Part shown: in pieces, positions 39,788-48,245 of the stretch | How positions within the stretch are numbered: the stretch's first letter is position 1 | How the letters are laid out: the number at the start of each line of letters is the position of its first letter | Virus record (IMG/VR): IMGVR_UViG_3300022851_000011 | Location: 62,001 to 121,548 of that record | Origin: an uncultured virus (IMG/VR IMGVR_UViG_3300022851_000011) | Taxonomy: Duplodnaviria > Heunggongvirae > Uroviricota > Caudoviricetes | Reading direction: 5' to 3' (one strand) | DNA length: 59,548 nt | Made by a program: the position numbers and the translations under genes | The notes under the pieces: model-generated | Database searches by the model: none | What the model was told of the DNA's origin: nothing | The model's input: the letters and a program-made list of their open reading frames with translations, nothing else

Positions 39788-40390
39788 TCAGTTTCGTGTG
39801 ACATAGAAGATATGATCCCCAATGATAGTAGAAACATTGAAACGTTTATTCCATCGTGGATTAACTGCTTTGGTATGATACCATAGTGCACCTTCTGTAA
39901 AGTCTGTATATTTATTGGCTAATATATCCCCTGCGATTTCCCAAGCTGTTCGCCACGCTTGTTGTTCATATACCCTATCGTGTTTACCATCTAGTGCCCA
40001 AGAGAACTGTGCCACTTTACGTTTTGTTTTAGCTGAACGTCTGATATCCCATACCACTTCTTCATATGTATTGGGGTATTTCTTTGAAAGGACACGATTA
40101 CGTGTTACTAATGCCACTGCTACTTGTCCACGTAGGCTTTCGGAACGTGCTTCATGGTATATGTTACAAGCCAATGCGATACGTTCGCTACGTTCTTTAC
40201 TACAGTCTAGTAGTGTTCCGTTTGCATCTTCCCATGGATATAGTTCGGGGAGGATTTCTACGTATACGGGTGATATGGGTGCGGGCACGAGGACCATTGG
40301 TTTTTCGGGGTATATGTGCAATAGTGTGCTACCTACGGCATATGCTGTTAGTAATGCTATTACACTGATTGTGTGTTTTTTCATCATCAT
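39788..40390 (-). CDS. cell wall hydrolase (SleB/Hydrolase_2)
   Basis: LACNIYHEARSE, AVA.VT.NR, QFSW, GALWYH..AV.P.W, IGDHIFY. Confidence 0.92.
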   Translation of the reverse strand: MMMKKHTISVIALLTAYAVGSTLLHIYPEKPMVLVPAPISPVYVEILPELYPWEDANGTLLDCSKERSERIALACNIYHEARSESLRGQVAVALVTRNRVLSKKYPNTYEEVVWDIRRSAKTKRKVAQFSWALDGKHDRVYEQQAWRTAWEIAGDILANKYTDFTEGALWYHTKAVNPRWNKRFNVSTIIGDHIFYVTRN

Positions 40391-40419
40391 GATTTAATAT
40401 ATCATATAATGTAGTAATG

Positions 40420-40683
40420 TCAAGATATTAGTTTCCACCAGAACTGTTCTTTTGGATCGGTGATTACGTCTTCCATAGTAACACGTTCGCCATACAACCG
40501 CCATTCGGTGTCATTTGCACGTACAACAGCTGGTCCATCTGTTCTATGTAGTTTATCATTCAAGTACCAACGTTTGGTGCCATTTGCATATTCGACGGCA
40601 GGGCCATCTGTTCTATGTAGTTTATCATTCAAATACCAAGATTTGGTGCCATCTTCATAAGTATGACATATCGGTTCAGTCAT
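40420..40683 (-). CDS. HRxDGPA-repeat (MORN-like) protein
   Basis: MTEPICHTY start; 2 repeats; ends DPKEQFWW. Confidence 0.8.
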   Translation of the reverse strand: MTEPICHTYEDGTKSWYLNDKLHRTDGPAVEYANGTKRWYLNDKLHRTDGPAVVRANDTEWRLYGERVTMEDVITDPKEQFWWKLIS

Positions 40684-41015
40684 GTTTTCATCTTCCACCA
40701 GAACAGTTCTTTTGGATCGGTGATTACGTCTTCCATAGTAACACGTTCGCCATTCAAATACCAATACTTGTTGCCATTAGCAAACTCAATGGCAGGTCCA
40801 TCTGTTCTATGACGTTTGCCATTCTTGAACCATTGTTTGTCGCCATTTGTAAATTCAATAGCAGGGCCATCTGTTCGATGATATTCACCATTCAAGTACC
40901 AAGCTTTGGTGCCATTTGATTCTTCAATAGCAGGTCCATCTGTTCTATGAAGTTTATCATTAAAGTACCAAGCTTTGGTGCCATTTGCATCGGTATGCAT
41001 TCCATTTTTATTCAT
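40680..41015 (-). CDS. HRxDGPA-repeat (MORN-like) protein
   Basis: 3 repeats; ends DPKELFWWKMKT. Confidence 0.8.
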   Translation of the reverse strand: MNKNGMHTDANGTKAWYFNDKLHRTDGPAIEESNGTKAWYLNGEYHRTDGPAIEFTNGDKQWFKNGKRHRTDGPAIEFANGNKYWYLNGERVTMEDVITDPKELFWWKMKT

Positions 41016-41410
41016 GATCTTAACTTCCACCAGAACAGTTCTTTTGGATCGGTGATTACGTCTTCCATAGTAACACGTTCGCCATTCAACCGCCATTCGG
41101 TGTTGTACGTGCAAATGACAGCAGGTCCATCTGTTCTATGACGTTTGCCATATTGATACCAATACATGTTGCCATTTACATTTTCGACAGCAGGTCCATC
41201 TTCTCTATGACGTTTGCCATGTAGATACCAATACATGTTGCCATATGATTCGATTGCTGGTCCATCTGTTCTATGACGTAAGCCATGTAGATACCAAGAT
41301 TTGCTACCATTTGCATATTCAACAGCAGGTCCATCTTCTCTGTGAAGTTTATCATTCGTATACCAACGTTTGGTGCCATCTTCATAAGTATGACATATCG
41401 GTTCAGTCAT
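41012..41410 (-). CDS. HRxDGPA-repeat (MORN-like) protein
   Basis: 4 repeats; ends DPKELFWW. Confidence 0.8.
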   Translation of the reverse strand: MTEPICHTYEDGTKRWYTNDKLHREDGPAVEYANGSKSWYLHGLRHRTDGPAIESYGNMYWYLHGKRHREDGPAVENVNGNMYWYQYGKRHRTDGPAVICTYNTEWRLNGERVTMEDVITDPKELFWWKLRS

Positions 41411-41808
41411 GTTTTCATCTTCCACCAGAACAGTTCTTTTGGATCGGTGATTACGTCTTCCATAGTAACACGTTCGCCATTCAACCGCCATTCGGTGTCA
41501 TTTGCACGTACAACGGCAGGTCCATCTGTTCTATGTAGTTTATCATTCAAATACCATTCTTTGGTGCCATTTGTATATTCAATGGCGGGTCCGTCATCCC
41601 TATGAACTTCGCCATTCTTAAACCACCACTTGCTACCATTTGATTCTTCAATGGCTGGTCCGTCTTCCCTATGCGATTCACCATTGAATAACCAATACTT
41701 GTCGCCATTTGCATATTCAACAGCTGGTCCATCTGTTCTATGTAGTTTGCCATGTAGATACCAATACTTGTCGCCATTTGCATAAGTATGACATATCGGT
41801 TCAGTCAT
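41407..41808 (-). CDS. HRxDGPA-repeat (MORN-like) protein
   Basis: 4 repeats; ends DPKELFWWKMKT. Confidence 0.8.
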   Translation of the reverse strand: MTEPICHTYANGDKYWYLHGKLHRTDGPAVEYANGDKYWLFNGESHREDGPAIEESNGSKWWFKNGEVHRDDGPAIEYTNGTKEWYLNDKLHRTDGPAVVRANDTEWRLNGERVTMEDVITDPKELFWWKMKT

Positions 41809-41859
41809 GTTTTCATCTTCCACCAGAACAGTGCATTTTTACACTCAATATTATTGTAC

Positions 41860-42345
41860 GTTCATTATGCTATATGGTATACATTGTGTCAAGCAATCTT
41901 TTTACTTGACTATGGATGAAAACGTGTTATACTGGTAGTGATACGTTTGATTTGAAAACGATTCTGTAGGCATCAGTCCATTCTAACACATATATGTTTT
42001 ATGTCAAGGTAAAAGATTGCTTGACAGTATATGAAAACGTGTTATACTGGTAGTGATACGCCGTTTTTTTATTATTACTACGCAGGCATCAGTCCATTGT
42101 AACACACATAGAAACTTTGTCAAGCGTTTATTTCACGGTGATAGAATGATTATACGTCAGGCATCAAGCCCATTGTATCACATATATGGCAAGGGTTGAC
42201 AGCATTGAGTATATGTGTTATAATACCACTGTTTTTATTATTGGTGGGTCGGGTATCACCACCATTATAACATGTTTTTATGCGTTATTATTACTATTAA
42301 TCCATACGAAAGTCATTGTAACACATATACGCTTTATGTCAAGTG
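41860..42345. promoter_or_regulatory. array of repeated sigma70-like promoters on both strands
   Basis: TTGAC[TA]-N16-TATACT twice on + (41906, 42021); several TTGACA...TA[CG]AAT units on minus followed by GG[AG]CT(T)GATGCCT. Confidence 0.65.
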
Positions 42346-43364
42346 TTAATCAATGCGCTAGACGCAAGATTTTTATGTTTGGCTTCGATCATGATGTCAG
42401 CATATGGCAAGAATGATTCAGCCCATTGATTACACGCTGTATTCCACATCATATCACTGTGTGCACGTAGTTTATGTTTCTTGTATCCATCCTCAAGCAA
42501 CGTAGGCATATCGGGCATAACATCGGTAGGATGGTCAATAAGGATATCCTCACGTGATAAGCTATAGTGGATGGTAGGACGCACACCACGCCAACTGTCA
42601 ATGACACGTTTGAATCGGTCGTCGGTAGGCTGTATGTATTCGCCTTCACGGCACCAGTGATGATGTATGTCAAGGACAAGTGCTAGGTCATTAGCAAGGT
42701 CAAGTGAACTGTCAATACCCCACGCATTCTCATCATTCTCGATAGTGATACAGTTACGTGCTTCTGTAGACAAGCGTGGTAGAATGGCATCGATGCCATC
42801 GGGACCGTTGCGACCAGAGATATGCACGTTAATTTTGAAGTCCATGAAGTTTTCGCCATAACCCATCATACGTGCAATGTCAGCATGATATTCAAACTCA
42901 CGAATAGAGTTTTCTACAATATCGGGGTTGTCACTGGCAAGCACGGTAAACTGACCGGGATGCATTGATAGTCGCACATCATTATCACGTGCAAGGTCGC
43001 CAGCCTGTTTGAGTCGTGATGAAACGTGATGTTTTACATCATTATTATAGAAGTATTTCCAATCAGGATGGGTATACATTGGTAGAACGTCACTGCCGAT
43101 GCGCAACATACGCTGATTAGGCGGCAAGCTGGCTACATATTTGATAAGATTGATAACTGATTCACAGTTAAACTTGGCAAGTTCATATAATCGCTGTTCG
43201 GCTATATCAATGCATGATTGTGAAGCAAGCCAACGAGCAGTAGTGGTCTTGCCATTGAACGGTCGCTGAACGTCTTCCAGCAACTTCTTGGTGAGCGATT
43301 GGTCGGGATGCATATACTTACATGCAAAGCCGACACGCTGTATTGATTGGTCAAAATAATTCAT
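42339..43364 (-). CDS. uvsE: UV damage endonuclease UvsE/UvdE
   Basis: GFACK, LRIGS, RLSMHPGQF.VL.S, INVH, IENDE, LD.HHH, AHSD, MIEAK.KNLA. Confidence 0.93.
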   Translation of the reverse strand: MNYFDQSIQRVGFACKYMHPDQSLTKKLLEDVQRPFNGKTTTARWLASQSCIDIAEQRLYELAKFNCESVINLIKYVASLPPNQRMLRIGSDVLPMYTHPDWKYFYNNDVKHHVSSRLKQAGDLARDNDVRLSMHPGQFTVLASDNPDIVENSIREFEYHADIARMMGYGENFMDFKINVHISGRNGPDGIDAILPRLSTEARNCITIENDENAWGIDSSLDLANDLALVLDIHHHWCREGEYIQPTDDRFKRVIDSWRGVRPTIHYSLSREDILIDHPTDVMPDMPTLLEDGYKKHKLRAHSDMMWNTACNQWAESFLPYADIMIEAKHKNLASSALINT

Positions 43365-43401
43365 AATAAGATTATACGCAAAACAACAATATTGTCAAGT
43401 G

Positions 43402-43632
43402 TTATTCTACGAATCGTTTATATCTCCAAAGGCGTTTTTCATCACTGTCTGCTGCCCAGCACCGCCGTTTCTTTCGAACTCCTGCTGTCGGGTGGTTACA
43501 GTTATCCCTAGCATTTGTATAGCGTATATTGGGATTATTATGAAATGCGAAATGCTTACAGTTAAGACAGTTTTTTCTTATGTCGGGTGGCATACGTAAA
43601 CTATCCCAAAACGATTGTTTATCGTCATTCAT
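43402..43632 (-). CDS. KExFW family member
   Basis: KQSFWDSLRMPP...CLNC...LW. Confidence 0.72.
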   Translation of the reverse strand: MNDDKQSFWDSLRMPPDIRKNCLNCKHFAFHNNPNIRYTNARDNCNHPTAGVRKKRRCWAADSDEKRLWRYKRFVE

Positions 43633-43876
43633 GTTTCATTCTCCACCAAAATGCTTCCTGTTCAGTCAATACGTCTTCCATAGTAACTTGTATGCCATTC
43701 AAACACCAGCCATTGGTGCCATCTACACGTACAACGGCAGGTCCATCTGTTCTATGTAGTTTGCCATTAATATACCAATGTTTGCTACCAGTTGGATATT
43801 CGATTGCTGGTCCATCTGTTCTATGACGTTTGCCATTAATATACCAAAACTTGGCACCAGTTGGATATTCAGTCAT
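43625..43876 (-). CDS. HRxDGPA-repeat (MORN-like) protein
   Basis: 2 repeats; ends EQEAFWW. Confidence 0.8.
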   Translation of the reverse strand: MTEYPTGAKFWYINGKRHRTDGPAIEYPTGSKHWYINGKLHRTDGPAVVRVDGTNGWCLNGIQVTMEDVLTEQEAFWWRMKHE

Positions 43877-44474
43877 GTTTCAATGTCCACCAGAACTGTT
43901 CTTTTGGATCAGTGATTACGTCTTCCATATGAACGGAGAAACCATTCAAATACCAATACTTGTCGCCATTTGCCGCTTCGACGGCAGGTCCGTCTGTTCT
44001 ATGACGTTCACCATTCAAATACCAATACATGTTGCCATATTCTTCAATGGCTGGTCCATCTTCTCTATGTCGTTCGTCATTCAAATACCAAGCTTTGGTG
44101 CCATTTGCATCTTCAACAGCAGGACCATCTACTCGATGTCGTTCGCCATTCAAGTACCAATATTTGTCGCCATGTGCAAATTCAATGGCAGGTCCATCTT
44201 CTCTATGTAGTTTACCATTAAAGTACCAAAACTTGTCGCCATTTGAATTTACAATGGCAGGGCCATCAGTTCTATGACGTAAGCCATTAATATACCAATA
44301 CTTGTCGCCATTTGCATATTCAATAGCTGGTCCGTCTGTTCTATGACGTTCACCATTCAAATACCAATACTTGTCGCCATTTGCATATTCAATAGCTGGT
44401 CCGTCTGTTCTATGACGTTCACCATTCAAATACCAATATTTGCTACCATTTGCATCAAATCTTGGTTCAGTCAT
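43869..44474 (-). CDS. HRxDGPA-repeat (MORN-like) protein
   Basis: 7 repeats; ends DPKEQFWW. Confidence 0.85.
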   Translation of the reverse strand: MTEPRFDANGSKYWYLNGERHRTDGPAIEYANGDKYWYLNGERHRTDGPAIEYANGDKYWYINGLRHRTDGPAIVNSNGDKFWYFNGKLHREDGPAIEFAHGDKYWYLNGERHRVDGPAVEDANGTKAWYLNDERHREDGPAIEEYGNMYWYLNGERHRTDGPAVEAANGDKYWYLNGFSVHMEDVITDPKEQFWWTLKHD

Positions 44475-44579
44475 GTTTCAATGTCCACCAAAATGCTTCC
44501 ATCGGTTCTATGCAGTTTACCGTCCATAGTCCAACGTGCCGTGCCCAATCATTAATTTCCATTTCGCATGTCATATAGT

Positions 44580-44770
44580 TACTCTACACCATAATGCATC
44601 GTATGTCAATAGGCTACTATATCACACACTATTACGTCAGGCATCAAGCCCATTGTATCATATATATGGAATCTGTCAAGGGGTTATTATTACTATTAAT
44701 CGATACGAAAGGCATCAGGCCCATTGTATCATATATATGGACGCTGTCAAGGAATATTACTATTAAATGA
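44580..44770 (-). promoter_or_regulatory. second block of repeated sigma70-like promoters
   Basis: GGCATCA[AG]GCCCATTGTATCATATATATGG...TGTCAAG twice; shares sequence with 42153-42180 and 42286-42312. Confidence 0.6.
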
Positions 44771-44953
44771 TTAATAAATGGTGGGAGGGGTGTGTGTGGT
44801 AGCAACCATATGAGATGGCTACTCCACGGCGCTTAAAATCCATTCTAGACTATATTTAATGCTTGACATATGGTGTGTATATGATATACTGGTATGATGC
44901 TTGAATTATGGATTTCAGAAGTTGGGTATCACTACCAGTATAACACGTTTTCA

Positions 44954-45150
44954 AGTACCCGAATGCCGTGTCTGCTGGGATAAAGAACAGCATGGCATAG
45001 AAAGTCTTAGACACATCTACAACCAACAATTTCTTAATGATAAAATAATTCCGGATAGATTGGTTAAGAAGGCTGCTGTAATGAATAAGATTGTTCATGC
45101 TGATATTAAAATTGGCAATACATGCAAAGTTGCATGTGCAATGTGCCATC
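44954..45150 (+). pseudogene. radical SAM (twitch-type) gene fragment
   Basis: ECRVCW.KE..G..SLR..YNQ, HADIKIGNTCKVACAMCHP; resembles 56339..57562 but truncated. Confidence 0.6.
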
Positions 45151-45660
45151 CATGGCCACTACTAATAACATTACTTCTTTTAAGTTTTTAAAAATATCCA
45201 TGGTGTCAATACAGACAAATCCCAGTTGCTCTGCTCGATCCCACTGCTCTTTCATTTGTGGAATCCACCACTCAAGCAATTGTAAACTAATGGCTTCTCG
45301 TTTTTCCCATTTTTCAAGTGCATCTATATTATTGTTCCAAGCAGCTAAGTCCAACCCCTCTATTGCTCGGGTAGAATATTTTGGAATTTTTTGCTGAGTA
45401 ATCTTTGCAAACTCAGCTGAGTCATCAGTCTTGGGACCTAAATAAAATTTTATACCATGTTCTTTATTAATATATTCAATTACCTCTATGCCTTTCATGT
45501 CCGGCATTGGAACAATAGGAGTAAAAATATTATCATCTGATTCAATATATTTCTTTTTAATTAACGCTTCCTTAGTTACTGGATGCCATTGTTTCTTAAA
45601 ACCATGTGATGTAACTATGTCGTTGCCGGGTACAAAACTTAACCAAATATTCATTGACAT
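45150..45660 (-). CDS. hypothetical phage protein (possibly truncated)
   Basis: WEKREAISL motif; C-terminus runs into the opposite-strand fragment. Confidence 0.4.
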
Positions 45661-45964
45661 TTCCCACAATTAAATAAGCAATAGTCTGGTTTACTAGTCT
45701 GTATTGTAGCATAAAAATTATTAAAATAAGATATCTGATTACTTAGTTTACTAGTTTTAATATTATGGTCCTCTTTATTTTTACGCCATTGACTCTTATA
45801 ATGAAAGTTATAGTGTTTGCTATAACAGCATGGTGAATAGTAGCCGTCACTGCTAATAAAATGCATCATGTCATCTTTACATTTAGGATCGATCTATAAC
45901 AAAATCTCTATTAGGAGTAGTTTCAAATTTTCTTTGTACAATATCCCTTGGGTGTCATTGCATC

Positions 45965-46395
45965 TATTGGTAAGTGTAGCAACACCACCAATAGTTAAGG
46001 CGTCAATAATACCCTCACATACTATACTAAACTTTCCTCCTTGGGATTTGCCTGTCTATTCCGTAAACGTAGTTGCTCTCGTAATTATTAAAGTATTTAG
46101 GCTTAGTCTCGTTATCTGCGGCTCTTGCTGTTGATCCTATAACACGGCCCTGCCAAGTACAGGGAATAATAATACGCTTATACATTCTAGCAGGTTTAGT
46201 GTCGCTCCACAATAACTCATTTACTGGCATCTTACGCTGTTGTGCATATTCCAGTAACTCTGCTGGGCCTTGTGTTAATGGCACACAATCTTGAGGTAGT
46301 TCACGCTCTGGAAACTCAATAGTAAACTCAGGTTCATCTATCTCCTCTTCAAGCACCACAGTATCTTTAATGCGCAGCGCTTCAACTACTACACG
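45965..46395 (-). pseudogene. DNA primase (TOPRIM) fragment
   Basis: RIIIP..WQGRVIG.TAR, KPKY, then frameshifted IVCEGIIDALTIGGVA. Confidence 0.7.
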
Positions 46396-46475
46396 TTTTC
46401 ATTTTAAGTCAAGCATAAACGATACGAAGAAGTTTCAAAGAAGGTATGTGACGACATCACGTGGGTTAAAACGCT

Positions 46476-46757
46476 TTATATCCAATAATCGGGGCGCGCT
46501 GCACGGTTAATATCTTCGGGCGAAACCCATTGTAAACAAAATATACCGGCATCTTCTTCTTTTTCGAAATAGAATGAAAACGCCGTACCGCTAGAGTGTT
46601 TAGCAATCACGTCGCCTTTACAGTTATGATGAATCCATAACCGAAGCTGGTGCGCTGACCGTCCTGACTCATGTGTTATTCCACCGACCATAGTGTATCC
46701 ATCGGTATTATAGAACATTTGAAATATAGTGTCATTTGAAATATAGTTGAATGTCAT
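46476..46757 (-). CDS. hypothetical phage protein
   Basis: W...NC.G...FYFEKEEDA..F.LQW motif. Confidence 0.6.
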   Translation of the reverse strand: MTFNYISNDTIFQMFYNTDGYTMVGGITHESGRSAHQLRLWIHHNCKGDVIAKHSSGTAFSFYFEKEEDAGIFCLQWVSPEDINRAARPDYWI

Positions 46758-47053
46758 TTTATTACTCGAACGATTTCCATATCGATGTTATAATCATCAC
46801 TGGCAAAGTCCAAGTAGTCTTGGTATGATTTACCTACCCATGCAGGAAGTTCATCTTCCATCTTATGCCAGCGTGGACCTTTCCATTCATCGCATTTGTA
46901 TGTGGTATCCCATCCGCCGTCTTGTGAATACATGGGTGATTCTTGCACGTCACGGACATAATCATCACTATTCAAAATAACATCGGCTGTTAATACTAAT
47001 AGTGTACAGCCGGTAAGGGTATAGTTTATACCATCTTTTGAATGCGGTGTCAT
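46754..47053 (-). CDS. hypothetical protein
   Basis: ATGA-coupled ORF. Confidence 0.55.
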   Translation of the reverse strand: MTPHSKDGINYTLTGCTLLVLTADVILNSDDYVRDVQESPMYSQDGGWDTTYKCDEWKGPRWHKMEDELPAWVGKSYQDYLDFASDDYNIDMEIVRVIK

Positions 47054-47302
47054 TGTATTGCCTATTTGAAATGCGTTAAAAACTGTGATTTTGGGGATTT
47101 GGTAGAATCAGGGGTGAACGATACTGTTACCGGGTCACCCCTGTTTCTAAATTATTCGATTTTTATCTACTATGTGAGTAGTTTATCTAGCCAGCACCTC
47201 TTTGAGTAGAACGCAATGTCTAAACTATTGACTGTAGGGATCAGCCACTATACTATATTTATCATGTAATACTATACACGTTTATACTCTAGTATTTATA
47301 TC

Positions 47303-48205
47303 AAGTCTGAGATTACGACTTGTAGTAGGTGTCTTTGGGCCGTACCGAACGATATCCCTATCGTTGTTAATCCTTTATCCACTAAGTGCCTTGCGGCTTA
47401 CCTAGTATCACCTAATGCTGCCTTGATTAAAGTGGTGGCGTTTCCACTGTCGCATTACACTACTCGTCCATCTATCTTCCGCCTGTCTTGCGAACAGTTC
47501 AACTTTGCTAAAAGTTTACGTCTTCTTTTCGAACAATCACTCGCAGCCTTGGGAGCTTTGAGCAAACTACATTCACTTACGTGTGTAGTATTAAGCACCT
47601 TTAGTGCAATACCGGGACAGACTTTCCATTTGACAATGTTGGAATTGAACCAACGTTCGTCTGCTATGAAGGCAGATGTCTAACCATTCGACATATTGTA
47701 AATCACCATGATGTGCTGTCCCTGTTGCGTCATAACCTTTTGGGTTACAATATACAACACACCACCTGTTTTTCGGCTTGCGACCTAATAAACGTTTCTT
47801 CTGGTTTATGTCCCTCTTCAAAGAACGAGGTCCATCCACCGTTGAAATACCAACCGCCCTTCTACGCTAATAGTCGGACTACTTTGATTACCTGTTAGTC
47901 AATCTTCGCTGAATAGGTTTGCATGTTATGGCGATGTTGCTGCATCTTTTGTCCTCATCGTTGACCAAGACCATTTTATCCTTTCGGACCATACCCCTAT
48001 CTTACCGTGTAACCCCTACCTTTCGATAGAAGTCCCGTCGCCGGGAGACTCAGGCTTGTTTAGATGGACCATTACTGGCGATGCTATGTGATATATACAT
48101 CTTTGGGTACGTTACCGCACTTATCCTTAATGGACGCTAAACCGCCCATTAACTCTATTCTATTTTCAATCAGCGTTGCTACACTGTCTGTAGCGGCTTA
48201 CTTAT
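47303..48205 (-). ncRNA. large structured RNA, GOLLD-like
   Basis: ~900 nt without credible ORF, GC-richer; many GNRA-capped hairpins on minus strand (GCC-GCAA-GGC, GGTC-GCAA-GCC, GGTCC-GAAA-GGAT, CTATC-GAAA-GGTAG); 3' end GTCGTAATCTCAGAC recalls GOLLD; upstream TTGACA...TATAAT promoter. Confidence 0.65.
47631..47701 (-). tRNA. tRNA-like domain embedded in the large RNA, anticodon UCA
   Basis: D arm GTCGAATGGTTAGAC, anticodon arm TCTGC-CTTCATA-GCAGA, T arm GTTGG-TTCAATT-CCAAC, acceptor ACAAT/ATTGT; no CCA; U at position 37. Confidence 0.6.
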
Positions 48206-48216
48206 TCAATATAACC

Positions 48217-48245
48217 ATTATACTATAACTAAATGGCTTTGTCAA
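48217..48245 (-). promoter_or_regulatory. sigma70 promoter for the large ncRNA
   Basis: TTGACA...TATAAT consensus. Confidence 0.7.

Noticed and set aside
41960..42170. Hammerhead ribozymes from CTGATG motifs
   Set aside because: Motif is CTGATGCC rather than CTGANGA and supporting stems were not found.
41860..42345. CRISPR array
   Set aside because: Repeats are irregularly spaced, in both orientations and match promoter consensus; no cas genes.
3934..43632. Integron cassette array
   Set aside because: No intergenic attC-like palindromes (genes overlap) and no integrase seen.
40420..44474. Diversity-generating retroelement acting on the repeat genes or mini-genes
   Set aside because: No reverse transcriptase in the window and no template/variable pair differing only at adenines was evident; cannot be excluded outside the window.
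47631..47701. Canonical tRNA-Sec
   Set aside because: No long variable arm or extended acceptor stem.
47423..47898. ORFs inside the large RNA region
   Set aside because: No RBS or recognisable motifs; overlap strongly structured RNA elements.
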